A stretch of 64,000 nt of DNA from Candidatus Australimonas brisbanensis (GCA_038147155.1 JAYQTA010000002.1:259595-323594), one strand, 5' to 3'; shown: positions 8,566-17,952, counted from the first letter of the stretch. Numbers and translations are program-made. The notes: generated by a model from the letters alone, not told the origin.

Positions 8566-9036
8566 CTAGGCGCCCTGCACCACCGCCAGCACCTCCTCGG
8601 CGTGACCGGCAGGCTTCACCTTGGCCCACACGTGGGCGATGCGCCCCTGCTCGTCGATGAGGAAGGTGGAGCGGTTCATGCCCATGAAGGTGCGCCCGTA
8701 CAGCTTCTTCTCGCCCCACGCGCCGTAGGCCGTTGCCACCGCCGCGCCCTCGTCGGAGAGCAGCGGGAAGTTCAGCGACTGCTTGGCGGTGAAGTTGTCG
8801 TGGGAGCGCAGCGAGTCCGCGCTGACGCCCAGCACCACCGCGCCCGCACCGGCTAGAGCATCGTGGTTGTCCCGGAACGAGCAGGCCTCCACGGTGCAGC
8901 CGGGCGTGGAGTCCTTGGGGTAGAAGTAGAGGACTACCTTCTTACCATGCAGCCCCTTGAGGCTCACGGTCTCCCCACCGGTGGCGGGGAGGGAGAAGTC
9001 GGGAGCGGGGTCGCCGGGCTTGAGGGTGATGGGCAT
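8566..9036 (-). CDS. bcp: Thioredoxin-dependent thiol peroxidase (Bcp/PrxQ)
   Basis: GKKVVLYFYPKDSTPGCTVEACSFRD. Confidence 0.9.
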   Translation of the reverse strand: MPITLKPGDPAPDFSLPATGGETVSLKGLHGKKVVLYFYPKDSTPGCTVEACSFRDNHDALAGAGAVVLGVSADSLRSHDNFTAKQSLNFPLLSDEGAAVATAYGAWGEKKLYGRTFMGMNRSTFLIDEQGRIAHVWAKVKPAGHAEEVLAVVQGA

Positions 9037-9122
9037 GGTGCACCTCCGGGGAGCGTTGCCGCCATCATAGCCCAGCAGGCGAACTGGGTGGCAGCACGCT
9101 GGCCGGGCAGGGGTGCAGGACG

Positions 9123-9128
9123 TACAAT
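9123..9128 (+). promoter_or_regulatory. -10 box TACAAT placed 6 nt from ATG 9135 (leaderless geometry)
   Basis: cgTACAATgggtacATG. There is no SD. The -35 is weak (TGGCCG). Confidence 0.35.
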
Positions 9129-9134
9129 GGGTAC

Positions 9135-10473
9135 ATGGAACGGCGTTGGTTCGCCCACGTGTGGCGCCGCGGGGCGCTCGCCCTGACCCTGGTGCTCGCC
9201 GCCTGCGCAGGGCCCTCCGGCGTTCCGGTGGGCAGCGAGCTCACTGCACCAGGGACATTGCCGGCTCCCACTGCCACGGCTCTGACCGCTGTGGCTCCAT
9301 CGCCCACACCATCAGCTCCCACTGGCTCTCGGCCTGAGACGACGACAGCGCCAGCCCCCACGGTGACACGGGACGGGCCACCGGGGCTCAATGCAGAGTG
9401 GAGCCAGGGGAAGTGTGCGCCCTCCGGCGCTGAGCGCTTCAGCGCTGGTCCCATGCGTGTGGAGGACATCGGCGCCATCGTGCCCATGGGGCTCATGGTG
9501 GACTCCCACGTCACGCCTGTGGACCACATCTACTTCGAACCGTTGGTCTTCCGCTCAACCCCGTACCAGTACGGCGTGTTCGCTCCGGCCGATGGATGGG
9601 TGGTCTCCGTGGGGGTCCGGAACAATCACGTCAACGAGGCGGGGGGGGGTGCTGGAGGTGCCCCAGTACCGGATGGTCATCGAATACTCCTGCCACCTGT
9701 ACACCATCTACGACCTCATCACCCGTCTGGCCCCGGAGATCGAGGCGCAGATGGGCACCAACCCCGGCTACACCGTGATGCGCGTGCCGGTGCGGGCGGG
9801 GCAGGAGGTCGGCCGCATCGGCGGCCAGACGCTGGACATGAACGTGGTGGACCTGGACGTGCAGGTGGGCGGGTTCGCCGCGCCGGAGCACTACGTGCGG
9901 GAGCCCTGGAAGATCCACAGCGTGGACCCCTTCGACTACTTCGTGGAACCACTGCGCTCCCAGTTGCTGGCGCTGAACCCGCGCCAGGCGAGCCCGCGAG
10001 GCGGGCGCATCGGGTACGACGTGCCGGGGCGGCTGGTGGGCAACTGGTTCGCCGAGGGCACCAACGGGTACGCGGGGGCCGATCCCACGCGCTACTGGGC
10101 AGGCCACCTGTCCATCGTCTACGACCTGTACGACCCGTCCCAGGTGCGCGTGTCCATCGGTACCTTCGAAGGGCGCTCACGCCAGTTCGGCGTGCGGGGC
10201 AACGGCCCCGACCCGGCCCTGGTGGATGCCTCCAGTGGTCTGGTGGTCTACGAGCTGGTGGAGTGGGAGTACCTGGTCGCGGGAACGAGTGAGCGGTGGG
10301 ACCGCCTCTCCCCGCAGCCCAGCGGCATCGCCGCCCAGAACGGGGAGCAGGTGGCCGGGGTGCTGCTGGCGCAGGTGCAGGCAGACGGCACGCTGCTGGT
10401 GGAGGCGCTCCCCGGCGTCAGCGCCGCTCAGGTCAGCGGCTTCTCGTCCGCGGCCCAGCGCTACGAGCGCTGA
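9135..10473 (+). pseudogene. M23/LytM-like domain lipoprotein, frame broken at a G9 tract
   Basis: ORF 9135..10292 is sensible up to ...GVRNNHVNEAGGG (lipobox LVLAACAG; VFAPADGWVVSVG). ORF 9391..10473 is sensible from ...VLEVPQYRMVIEYSCHLYTIYDL... onward. The two frames switch at 9641-9649. The total of 1339 nt is not divisible by 3. Confidence 0.7.
9641..9649 (+). repeat. Homopolymeric G9 tract at the frameshift point
   Basis: gaggc-ggggggggg-tgctgg. G8 or G11 would give one intact 445/446-aa ORF. Confidence 0.9.
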
Positions 10474-11815
10474 CCCGCTCCGCCCACCGGCGGCGCGGGA
10501 GTTTGAGCTTGAGGGTGCGCTCGATCTCGCGCCACTTGGGGCCGTCGTCCTCGCACAGGAAGGTGACCGCCTCGCCCTGGCGGCCCATGCGCCCGGTGCG
10601 GCCCACGCGGTGGGTGAACAGTTCGGGGGAGTCGGGCAGGTCGTAGTTGATGACCCGCTCCACGCCTTCCACGTCCAGGCCGCGCGCCGCCACGTTGGTG
10701 GCGACCAGGATGGGCGTCTCACCGGTGCGGAACGATGCCATGACCCGCTCGCGAGCGTTCTGGCTCAGGTTGCCCTGGAGCGCGCCCACGGGGTAGCCGT
10801 CGGCGGCCAGCTGCTTGGCCAGCTTCTTGACCCCGTGCTTGGTCTTGCCGAAGACGATGACCGGACCGTCGCCCCGCTCGTCCAGCAGGGCGCGCAGCGC
10901 GGCGGGCTTGTCCGCCTTGGGCACCTCGTACACCAGCTGCTCGATCTCCGGCGGGCGCTCCCCGGAGGCGTCGGCCGCGACACGCACGGGCTTGCGCTGA
11001 TGGCGAGCGGCCATGCCCGCCACCCACTCCGGCATGGTTGCGGAGAAGAGCGCCGTCTGGCGCTCGTGCGGGGTGTGGGCCAGGATGGCCTCCACGTCGC
11101 GTGCAAAGCCGCGGTCGAGCATCTCGTCGGCCTCGTCCAGCACCAGCATCCGCACGCCACCCAGGCGCAGCGTACCGGAGCGCAGGTGGTCCAGCGTGCG
11201 GCCCGGCGTGCCGACCACCACGTCCAGCCCGCGCGCGATGGCCTTGCGGTCATTCACCAGCGAGCGTCCGCCGTACAGCAGCCCCACGCGCACGCCGCCC
11301 CGCGCCGTCAGTGCCTCCAGCACCCCGCCCACCTGGATGGCCAGTTCACGGGTGGGCACCAGCACCAGGGCGGCAATCTCCCGCCCGTTGGGCCGCACGC
11401 GCTCGGCCATGGGGATGCCGAAGGCGAGCGTCTTGCCGGAGCCGGTGCGGGCGAGGCCGATGACGTCCTGGCCGTCCAGCAGCACGGGGATGGCCTGGGT
11501 CTGGATGGGCGTGGGCTCGCTGATGCCCATGGCATCCAGAGCCGCAGCGGTGGCCCCGGAGATGGGCAGGCCGCCGAAGCTGCCGGGACGCGCAGGCGCG
11601 AGGGGCGCAGTTGCCACAGGGGCGGGCGGCGCGGACCCGGCCGCTGGCTCCTGCTTGGCGGGGCGCTCGGTGCGGGAGGCGAAGCAGCTCTTGCAGTAGA
11701 TGGGGCGATCGCCGGTGGGCTTGAAGGGGACGCGGGCCTCCGCGCCGCAGTTGGCGCAGGTGCCGGTGTGTCCCGCGCCGCGCCTGCGGCGGGGACGGTT
11801 GGTGGTGACGGGCAT
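10433..11815 (-). CDS. DEAD-box ATP-dependent RNA helicase with N-terminal CxxC...CxxC zinc ribbon
   Basis: ORF 10433..11890 trimmed to the ATG at 11815 (AAGGAA, 4 nt). CANCGAEARVPFKPTGDRPIYCKSCF. Q-motif PTPIQ, ARTGSGKT, VLDEADEM, SAT, ARGLD, HRVGRTGR. Confidence 0.9.
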   Translation of the reverse strand: MPVTTNRPRRRRGAGHTGTCANCGAEARVPFKPTGDRPIYCKSCFASRTERPAKQEPAAGSAPPAPVATAPLAPARPGSFGGLPISGATAAALDAMGISEPTPIQTQAIPVLLDGQDVIGLARTGSGKTLAFGIPMAERVRPNGREIAALVLVPTRELAIQVGGVLEALTARGGVRVGLLYGGRSLVNDRKAIARGLDVVVGTPGRTLDHLRSGTLRLGGVRMLVLDEADEMLDRGFARDVEAILAHTPHERQTALFSATMPEWVAGMAARHQRKPVRVAADASGERPPEIEQLVYEVPKADKPAALRALLDERGDGPVIVFGKTKHGVKKLAKQLAADGYPVGALQGNLSQNARERVMASFRTGETPILVATNVAARGLDVEGVERVINYDLPDSPELFTHRVGRTGRMGRQGEAVTFLCEDDGPKWREIERTLKLKLPRRRWAERVSARSAGPRTRSR

Positions 11816-11917
11816 GGGGTTCCTTGGGGGCGTGATGCGGCACGGCGGTGTGCCGCGCTCATCCATTGTACCAGCCCCACTCCCCGGCATATCGGAGCGG
11901 GGAGTGCGGTGTTCGGG

Positions 11918-12769
11918 CTATCCCCGCGCCAGAGAGATGAACCGGGCAACCCGCTCCATCTCCTCGTGCAATGGCCCCTCGCCCAGGTGCGCCTTGATGT
12001 GGGTTGCCCCCTGCTCACCCCACCAGGCCAGCAGCGCGCGCCAGTCGTCGGGCCCGCCCTCCGGCAGCTCCACGCGCCCCTCCATGCCGATGGCGTCCGG
12101 GTCGCGCCCCGCCTCCAGGGCGGCCTCGCGCAGCAGCGCCTTCTCCTGGGCGAGGTTGTCCACCCGTGAGGATGGGATCCACCCGTCGCCGATGCGCCCG
12201 ATGCGCCGCAGCACCGGGGCAGAGGAGCCGCCGAACCAGACCGGGATGGGCCGCTGCACGGGAGGTACGGTGAGGCTCACCCCATCCAGCTGGTGCTCCT
12301 GCCCCTGGAAGCTGACCCAGTCCTGGGTCCACAGCGCCCGCATCAGCGCCACCTGCTCCTCGATGCGCCGCCCCCGGGTGGCGAAGTCCGCGCCCAGCGC
12401 CGCGTACTCGTGGTTGTTGCGGCCCACGCCCACCCCCAGCCGCAGCCGCCCGCCGGACAGGGCGTCCACCTCCGCAGCCTGCTTGGCCGCCAGCACCGTC
12501 TGGCGCTGGGGGAGCACCAGCACCGCCGTGGAGAGGCCGATGCGCTCGGTCACCCCGGCGATGAACGCCATGGTGGTGAACACCTCCCGGTACGGTTTCT
12601 CCGCCGGGTGCGACTCACGGCCCGGCCGGGCCACGGGCGTGGTGCCCACCACGTGCTCGTACAACACGATGTAATCGAAGCCGAGCGCCTCGGCCCCCTG
12701 GGCGAAGGCACGCAGGGAGGCCGGGTCACGGCCGATGGACTCCACGGGGATCTGGATGCCGAACTGCAT
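11918..12769 (-). CDS. LLM-class (luciferase-like) F420-dependent oxidoreductase
   Basis: Starts MQFGIQIP, 4 nt after AGGAGG. Motifs: LVLPQRQTVLAAKQAAEVDALSGGRLRLGVGVG, PIPVWFGG. Paralog of 55398..56243. Confidence 0.85.
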   Translation of the reverse strand: MQFGIQIPVESIGRDPASLRAFAQGAEALGFDYIVLYEHVVGTTPVARPGRESHPAEKPYREVFTTMAFIAGVTERIGLSTAVLVLPQRQTVLAAKQAAEVDALSGGRLRLGVGVGRNNHEYAALGADFATRGRRIEEQVALMRALWTQDWVSFQGQEHQLDGVSLTVPPVQRPIPVWFGGSSAPVLRRIGRIGDGWIPSSRVDNLAQEKALLREAALEAGRDPDAIGMEGRVELPEGGPDDWRALLAWWGEQGATHIKAHLGEGPLHEEMERVARFISLARG

Positions 12770-12886
12770 GGGGCCTCCTGAGGCGGGCGTTGCCCCACGC
12801 ATATCACAGCCGTGTTCGGGCGGCCACCGTTTACCTCGCCGGACGGGTGCCCGATACTGCACGGGCCGCAACGGCCCCGGAGACCC

Positions 12887-13447
12887 ATGCTCGCCTTCTG
12901 GCAGTCCCTCGGCCTCATCTTCGTTGCCGAACTAGGCGATAAGTCCCAGCTGGTGGCGCTCGCCTTCGCCACCCGATATCGCCCGCTGGTGGTCATCGCA
13001 GGGGTGACGGCCGCGACGCTGTTGGTACACCTGGGCTCGGTTGCGCTGGGCCGCTCGCTGGATGCGGTGCTGCCCGACCCGTGGCTCGGGGCGCTGGCCG
13101 GGGCAGCGTTCATCGGCTTCGGGCTGTGGACGCTGCGCGGCGACCGGCTGGACGACGACCCCAGCAGGCAGCGCCGGCGCTGGGGGCCGTTCCTCACCGT
13201 GGCCGGCACGTTCTTCATCGCCGAACTGGGTGATAAGACCATGCTGGCGACGGTGACCCTGGCCGCGCGTGATGCCTCCTTCGCCGGCGTGTGGATCGGC
13301 TCCACCGTGGGCATGGTCGCTGCGGATGCCGTCGCCATCTGGGCGGGCATCGTCATGGGGAAGCGCCTGCCCGAGCGGGCGATCCGCTACGGGGCCGCCG
13401 CCCTGTTCCTGGTCACCGGTGTGCTCACCATCGTCACCGCCCTCTGA
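12887..13447 (+). CDS. UPF0016/GDT1 (TMEM165) family cation (Mn2+/Ca2+) transporter
   Basis: Two E-x-G-D-K-[ST] motifs (AELGDKSQ, AELGDKTM). Starts MLAFWQSL inside ORF 12812..13447. Confidence 0.85.
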   Translation: MLAFWQSLGLIFVAELGDKSQLVALAFATRYRPLVVIAGVTAATLLVHLGSVALGRSLDAVLPDPWLGALAGAAFIGFGLWTLRGDRLDDDPSRQRRRWGPFLTVAGTFFIAELGDKTMLATVTLAARDASFAGVWIGSTVGMVAADAVAIWAGIVMGKRLPERAIRYGAAALFLVTGVLTIVTAL

Positions 13448-13516
13448 CCCCGCCCCGCCCTTGACGGCGGAGGCTCGCTGTGGTCTCTTATCGCAAGCAT
13501 TCGCAGGAGCGTATAC

Positions 13517-14008
13517 TTGCAGCAGCAGTCGGCGGCGGCGGCCATACGCTCAGCGGGCAGGCGCCTCACTCCCCAGCGCATGCTGGTGCTGGAGGCCGTG
13601 GGCGCACTGGGCGGTCACGTGCCGGTGGAGCGCATCGCCGCTCACGTGCAGCAGACCGCACCTCAGGTGGACGTGGCGACGGTGTACCGCACGGTGGCGC
13701 TCCTCTCACGCCTGCACCTGCTGAATGAGGTGCAGGTGGGCGGAGTGAGCCACTACGAGGTGGCCGACCCTTCGGACCGCCACGGGCACATGGTATGCGA
13801 GCACTGCGGGGCCACCTTCCACCTGCCGCCGGGTTACCTGGACCGGCTGCGTTCCCGGCTGCTGAAGGACAAGGGTTTTGATCTGCACCCGGAGCACGTG
13901 ACGGTGAGCGGCCTGTGCACCGCCTGCCGCTCCGACGAGCAGCACTCCCACTCCGGCCACACCCACACGGGTGCCTCATCCCACTCCCACACCGGCTCGG
14001 AGGCCTAG
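13517..14008 (+). CDS. Fur family metalloregulator (Zur-like by context) with His-rich C-terminal tail
   Basis: TTG start 6 nt after AGGAG. LTPQRMLVLEAV, CEHC and CTAC pairs. Tail: SDEQHSHSGHTHTGASSHSHTGSEA. Confidence 0.85.
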   Translation: MQQQSAAAAIRSAGRRLTPQRMLVLEAVGALGGHVPVERIAAHVQQTAPQVDVATVYRTVALLSRLHLLNEVQVGGVSHYEVADPSDRHGHMVCEHCGATFHLPPGYLDRLRSRLLKDKGFDLHPEHVTVSGLCTACRSDEQHSHSGHTHTGASSHSHTGSEA

Positions 14009-14011
14009 CCC

Positions 14012-15007
14012 ATGGCCCGACTGCTTCTGGCATCGTTGTTGCTCGCCCTGCTGCTGGCCGCCTGCGCTGGAGATGACACCCCCCCTGGAGATGCACGACT
14101 GCGGGTGGTCACCACCGTCTCGCCCATCACCTCCATCGTGGAGCAGGTGGGCGGCGGGCGCATCGCCCTCACGGGTCTCGTGCCAGAGGGGGCCAACTCC
14201 CACACCTACGAGCCGCCACCCTCGGTGGCGCGCACGCTGGCTGAGGCCGACCTCATCGTGCTGAACGGCCTGTACCTGGAATCGCCCACGCTGGAGCTGG
14301 CCCAGGCCAACCGGCGCACGGGGGTGCCCATCCTGCAACTGGGCGATGCGGCCATCTCCCGTGAGGAGTGGGTGTTCGATTTCTCGTTCCCCGAATCTGA
14401 AGGCCACCCCAATCCGCACCTGTGGACCAGTCCGCGCCTGGCCGCCCGCTATGCGGAGCTGGCCGCTGATGCGCTGGCGGTGCTCGACCCGGAGAACGGT
14501 GCGTTCTACGCCGCCAACGCAGCGGCCTTCGCAGGGCGCATTGACGAGCTGGACGAGCGCATCCGGGCCGCGGTGACCACCATCCCGGAGGCTCACCGCA
14601 GACTGCTCACCTACCACGACTCCTTCCCGTTCTTCGGGAGCGACTACGGCTTCGAGATCATCGGCGCGGTGCAGCCCACCGACTTCTCCGAACCTTCGGC
14701 CCGCGAAATGGCAGCCCTTATCGAGCAGGTGCGGGCCGCAGGCGTTCCAGCCGTGTTCGGCTCCGAGGTCTTCCCCAGTCCGGTGATGGAGCAGATCGCC
14801 CAGGAGGCGGGCGCGGGATTCGTGGACACCCTGCGCGATGATGACCTGCCGGGCGAAACCGGCGCGCCGGAGCATTCGTACCTCGGCCTCATGGCCGCCA
14901 ACGTCCGCACCATCACCACCGCGCTGGGGGGCGATGCCTCGGCGCTGGACGGCTTCGACGTGAGCCCCGTGTTCGACGGCTCCTCCGATGCCGTCTACCC
15001 CCAGTAG
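14012..15007 (+). CDS. Metal ABC transporter substrate-binding lipoprotein (ZnuA/MntC/TroA cluster 9)
   Basis: Lipobox LLAACAG. Motifs: HTYEPPPS, HPNPHLW, LLTYHDSFPFF. Confidence 0.85.
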   Translation: MARLLLASLLLALLLAACAGDDTPPGDARLRVVTTVSPITSIVEQVGGGRIALTGLVPEGANSHTYEPPPSVARTLAEADLIVLNGLYLESPTLELAQANRRTGVPILQLGDAAISREEWVFDFSFPESEGHPNPHLWTSPRLAARYAELAADALAVLDPENGAFYAANAAAFAGRIDELDERIRAAVTTIPEAHRRLLTYHDSFPFFGSDYGFEIIGAVQPTDFSEPSAREMAALIEQVRAAGVPAVFGSEVFPSPVMEQIAQEAGAGFVDTLRDDDLPGETGAPEHSYLGLMAANVRTITTALGGDASALDGFDVSPVFDGSSDAVYPQ

Positions 15008-15010
15008 CCC

Positions 15011-15934
15011 ATGCTGCACCCCGGACACCCCGCACACAGCAGCGGCGCTCCCCTGGTGGAATTGACAGGCTTCGCCTGCGGGTACGACGGCGCACCGGTG
15101 CTCTCCGGCGTGAACCTGACCGTGCGCGAGGGCGAGTTCGTCGCGCTGCTGGGCCCCTCCGGCTCCGGCAAGACCACGCTGCTGCGCGCCATGCTGGGGG
15201 CCGTCCCCGCGCGTGCCGGGGCGGTGAGCGTGGCGGGTCGCCCGGCGGGCGCGCGGTCCGCGCCGGTGGGATATGTGCCGCAGTTGGCCGACATCGACTG
15301 GGACTTCCCTGTGACGGTGGAGCAGGTGGTGCTCATGGGGCTCACGGCCGATGCCCCCTGGTGGCCATGGCACCGACGGGATGCCCGTAGGCGAGCCCAC
15401 GCAGTCATGGAGCGGCTAGGCATCGAGGCCCTGGGGGGTCGGTTCATAAGGGAGTTGTCCGGCGGGCAGCAGCAACGCGCCTTCCTGGCTCGCGCCCTGG
15501 TGCGCCGCCCCTCTCTGCTGCTCCTGGACGAGCCGACCACCGGAGTGGACATCCGCACCCGCGATGAGGTGCTGCACCTGCTCCATGAGCTGAATCACGA
15601 CGGCACGGCCATCGTCATCGCCACCCATGAGATCAACGCCGTTGCTGCCCACCTGCCAAGGGTGGTGTGCATCAACGGAGCGCTCGCCGGCGCGGTGGTG
15701 GGCGACGGCTCACCCGACGAGGCGTTCACGCCCCAGGTGCTGCAACAAACCTACGGGGCCGAGTTGCACGTGGCGCGGGTGGACGGGCTGACGCTGGTGA
15801 CGGAGGCCCCGCACCGGTTCGGCCGTCACCCCGGCGAGCAGGACGGCCACGGACACGACGCCGCACACCGGCACGGTGAGCCTGCGGCCCACACGCACGA
15901 GCACGGCGAGGGGGAGCACCATCACCATGCTTGA
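15011..15934 (+). CDS. Metal ABC transporter ATP-binding protein with His-rich C-terminal extension
   Basis: GPSGSGKTT, LSGGQQQR, LLLLDEPTTGVD. Tail: HPGEQDGHGHDAAHRHGEPAAHTHEHGEGEHHHHA. Confidence 0.85.
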   Translation: MLHPGHPAHSSGAPLVELTGFACGYDGAPVLSGVNLTVREGEFVALLGPSGSGKTTLLRAMLGAVPARAGAVSVAGRPAGARSAPVGYVPQLADIDWDFPVTVEQVVLMGLTADAPWWPWHRRDARRRAHAVMERLGIEALGGRFIRELSGGQQQRAFLARALVRRPSLLLLDEPTTGVDIRTRDEVLHLLHELNHDGTAIVIATHEINAVAAHLPRVVCINGALAGAVVGDGSPDEAFTPQVLQQTYGAELHVARVDGLTLVTEAPHRFGRHPGEQDGHGHDAAHRHGEPAAHTHEHGEGEHHHHA

Positions 15935-16763
15935 ACCCTTCGACTACCCCTTCTTCGTCCGGGGCCTGCTGGCGGCAGCACTGGCGGGCGGAGTGTGCGG
16001 CCTGCTGGGCGTGTTCATCGTTCTGCGGCGCATGGCCTACATCGGCCACGGCCTCTCCCACGCCGTTTTCGGTGGCGCGGTGGTGAGCTACGTTTTCTCG
16101 GTGAACTTCCTGCTGGGCGCCAGTCTGTGGGGGTTCGTCTCGGCGCTGCTCATCAACCAGGCAACCCGGCGCCGCGGCATCGGCGCGGACGCGGCCATCG
16201 GCATCATCACCACGGCGTCCTTCGCCCTGGGCGTCGCGCTCCTCTCGCGCTACCAGGGCTTCACCCGCTCCTTCGACGCGGCGCTCTTCGGCAACATCCT
16301 GGGGGTGGACGGCACGGACCTGGCGGGCATCGCGCTGGTGGCCGCCGTCACGGGGGTTGCGGCCCTGGCCGCCTACAAGCTACTGCTCTTCGCCACCTTC
16401 GAGCCGCAGGTCGCCCGTTACTACGGCGTGCCTACCGGCTGGGTGGACGCGGCGTTCTCACTGGTGCTGGCGGCGGCCATCGTGGTGTGTCTGCGCGTTC
16501 TGGGGGTGACGATGATCGCGGCGGTCATCGTGATACCGCCGGTGACCGCGCGCCTGCTCACCCGCGGATTCGGGCGCATGATGGCCCTCTCCACGGCGCT
16601 GGGCGCGGCCTGCGGCGGGGTGGGGGTGTACGCCTCCTACTACGCCGACGTGTCGTCGGGCCCGGCCGTGGTGCTCACCGCCGCCGCCGTGTTCGTCGCC
16701 GCCTACGCCTGGACCGGTCTGCGGGCGCGCCAGCGCACCGGCGGTGGTAGCCTGCCGTCCTAA
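15927..16763 (+). CDS. Metal ABC transporter permease (ZnuB/MntD family)
   Basis: Starts MLEPFDYPFFVRGLL. 8-nt overlap with the ATPase gene. Polytopic. Confidence 0.85.
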   Translation: MLEPFDYPFFVRGLLAAALAGGVCGLLGVFIVLRRMAYIGHGLSHAVFGGAVVSYVFSVNFLLGASLWGFVSALLINQATRRRGIGADAAIGIITTASFALGVALLSRYQGFTRSFDAALFGNILGVDGTDLAGIALVAAVTGVAALAAYKLLLFATFEPQVARYYGVPTGWVDAAFSLVLAAAIVVCLRVLGVTMIAAVIVIPPVTARLLTRGFGRMMALSTALGAACGGVGVYASYYADVSSGPAVVLTAAAVFVAAYAWTGLRARQRTGGGSLPS

Positions 16764-16782
16764 CCCCGGCAGGAGGGTCCAC

Positions 16783-17952
16783 GTGCAGAGTCGTTACCGT
16801 CCCAAGGAGCGCAACGGGGCGCCCGCCCGCTTCCTGCGTGAACCGCTGGGCGGTGGCCCCGCCCGCCGGCTGGCAGAGGCGCGGGAGAACGCGGCGAGCT
16901 CCTTCGTGGGCGTGACCACGGACGGGGCACCGGTGCCCGGTCTCTTCCCGCTGTCCGGCCCCGGCCCCGCGTTCGCCCTGGACGGCCTGGCACGTGCGGG
17001 GCACGCGTGGCTGACCGGGCTCACCCCGCAGCAGCGTGAGGCAACCCGCTTCGCTGTGGACGCGCCGGAGTGGCGTCTGTGGTGCAACATCCACCCCTTC
17101 CTGGTGCGCCATGGCGTTCCGCTGGAGACGCTGGATGGGCAGGGGCGTGAGGCTGGGCTGGCGCTGGCCGGTCAGGCGTTGAGCCCCGCGGGCTTCCAGA
17201 CCGTGCGGGATGTGATGCGCTTGAACGAGACGGTTCGCGAGCTGACGGGCAAGGACGACGAGTACGGCGAGTGGCTCTACTGGCTCAGTCTGTTCGGTGA
17301 GCCGTCGGCCCGCGAACCGTGGGGCTTCCAGCTGGATGGGCACCACCTGAACCTGAACGTCATGGCCGTGGGTGGGCAGTTGGTGCTCACGCCAACCTTC
17401 CTGGGCTCGGAGCCCGTGGAGGCGGATGCAGGGGCCTATGCGGGCACGCGCGTCTTCGCGCAGGAGGAGGCGCTGGGCCTGGCGCTGATGCGTGCGCTCC
17501 CCGCTGCGTTACAGCGGCGGGCCACGGTGGCCGATGAACTGCCGGGCGACGTGCTGGGCACCGCCTTCCGCGACAACCTGGTGCTGGGGTATGCAGGGGT
17601 GCGCTACGCGGACATGCCCGCCGGTGCCCAGGCGCTGGCCCGGCGCCTCGTGGCGGTCTACACCGGCAGGGCGCGTGAGCCCCATGCCTCAGCTTGGCAA
17701 GTGCAGGTCGAGGCGCACCTGGGTGAGACGTGGTTCGCGTGGGCCGGTGGGACGGGGGAGGCTGATGCCTTCTACTACCGGCTGCACAGCCCGGTGATCC
17801 TCATCGAGTTCGACCACCAGGACGGGCTGGCACTGGAGTCGGACGGGCCGTCGCGCCACCACATCCACACGCTGGTGCGCACCCCCAACGGCAACGACTA
17901 CGGGGCCGACTTGCTGCGCCAGCACCGCGAGCGCGTCCCGCACCCGCACTAG
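16783..17952 (+). CDS. DUF3500 domain protein
   Basis: GTG 16783 lies 6 nt after AGGAGG and 20 nt after the permease stop. Motifs: WGFQLDGHHLNLN, YYRLHSPVILIEFDHQ, HIHTLVRTPNGNDYG. Confidence 0.75.
   Translation: MQSRYRPKERNGAPARFLREPLGGGPARRLAEARENAASSFVGVTTDGAPVPGLFPLSGPGPAFALDGLARAGHAWLTGLTPQQREATRFAVDAPEWRLWCNIHPFLVRHGVPLETLDGQGREAGLALAGQALSPAGFQTVRDVMRLNETVRELTGKDDEYGEWLYWLSLFGEPSAREPWGFQLDGHHLNLNVMAVGGQLVLTPTFLGSEPVEADAGAYAGTRVFAQEEALGLALMRALPAALQRRATVADELPGDVLGTAFRDNLVLGYAGVRYADMPAGAQALARRLVAVYTGRAREPHASAWQVQVEAHLGETWFAWAGGTGEADAFYYRLHSPVILIEFDHQDGLALESDGPSRHHIHTLVRTPNGNDYGADLLRQHRERVPHPH

Noticed and set aside
10226-12169. Very long ORFs antisense to clear genes. Examples: 10226..12169 (+, 647 aa), 1381..2421 (-), 19187..20434 (+), 22468..24195 (+), 27110..28633 (+), 28482..29927 (-), 38792..40651 (+), 40858..42135 (+).
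   Set aside because: They are Arg/Gly/Pro/His-rich low-complexity translations with no family resemblance. They lie opposite well-supported genes. These are the shadow ORFs expected at about 70% GC.
12770-12886. yybP-ykoY (Mn2+) riboswitch upstream of the UPF0016/GDT1 transporter.
   Set aside because: I could not find the conserved four-way-junction sequence signatures in the 117-bp leader. Only a GATACT -10-like box is present.
13440-13516. Zur/Fur box upstream of the Fur-family gene.
   Set aside because: There is no AT-rich 7-1-7 palindrome. I saw only a TCGCA...TCGCA direct repeat and a weak TTGACG promoter. This is not enough to call.
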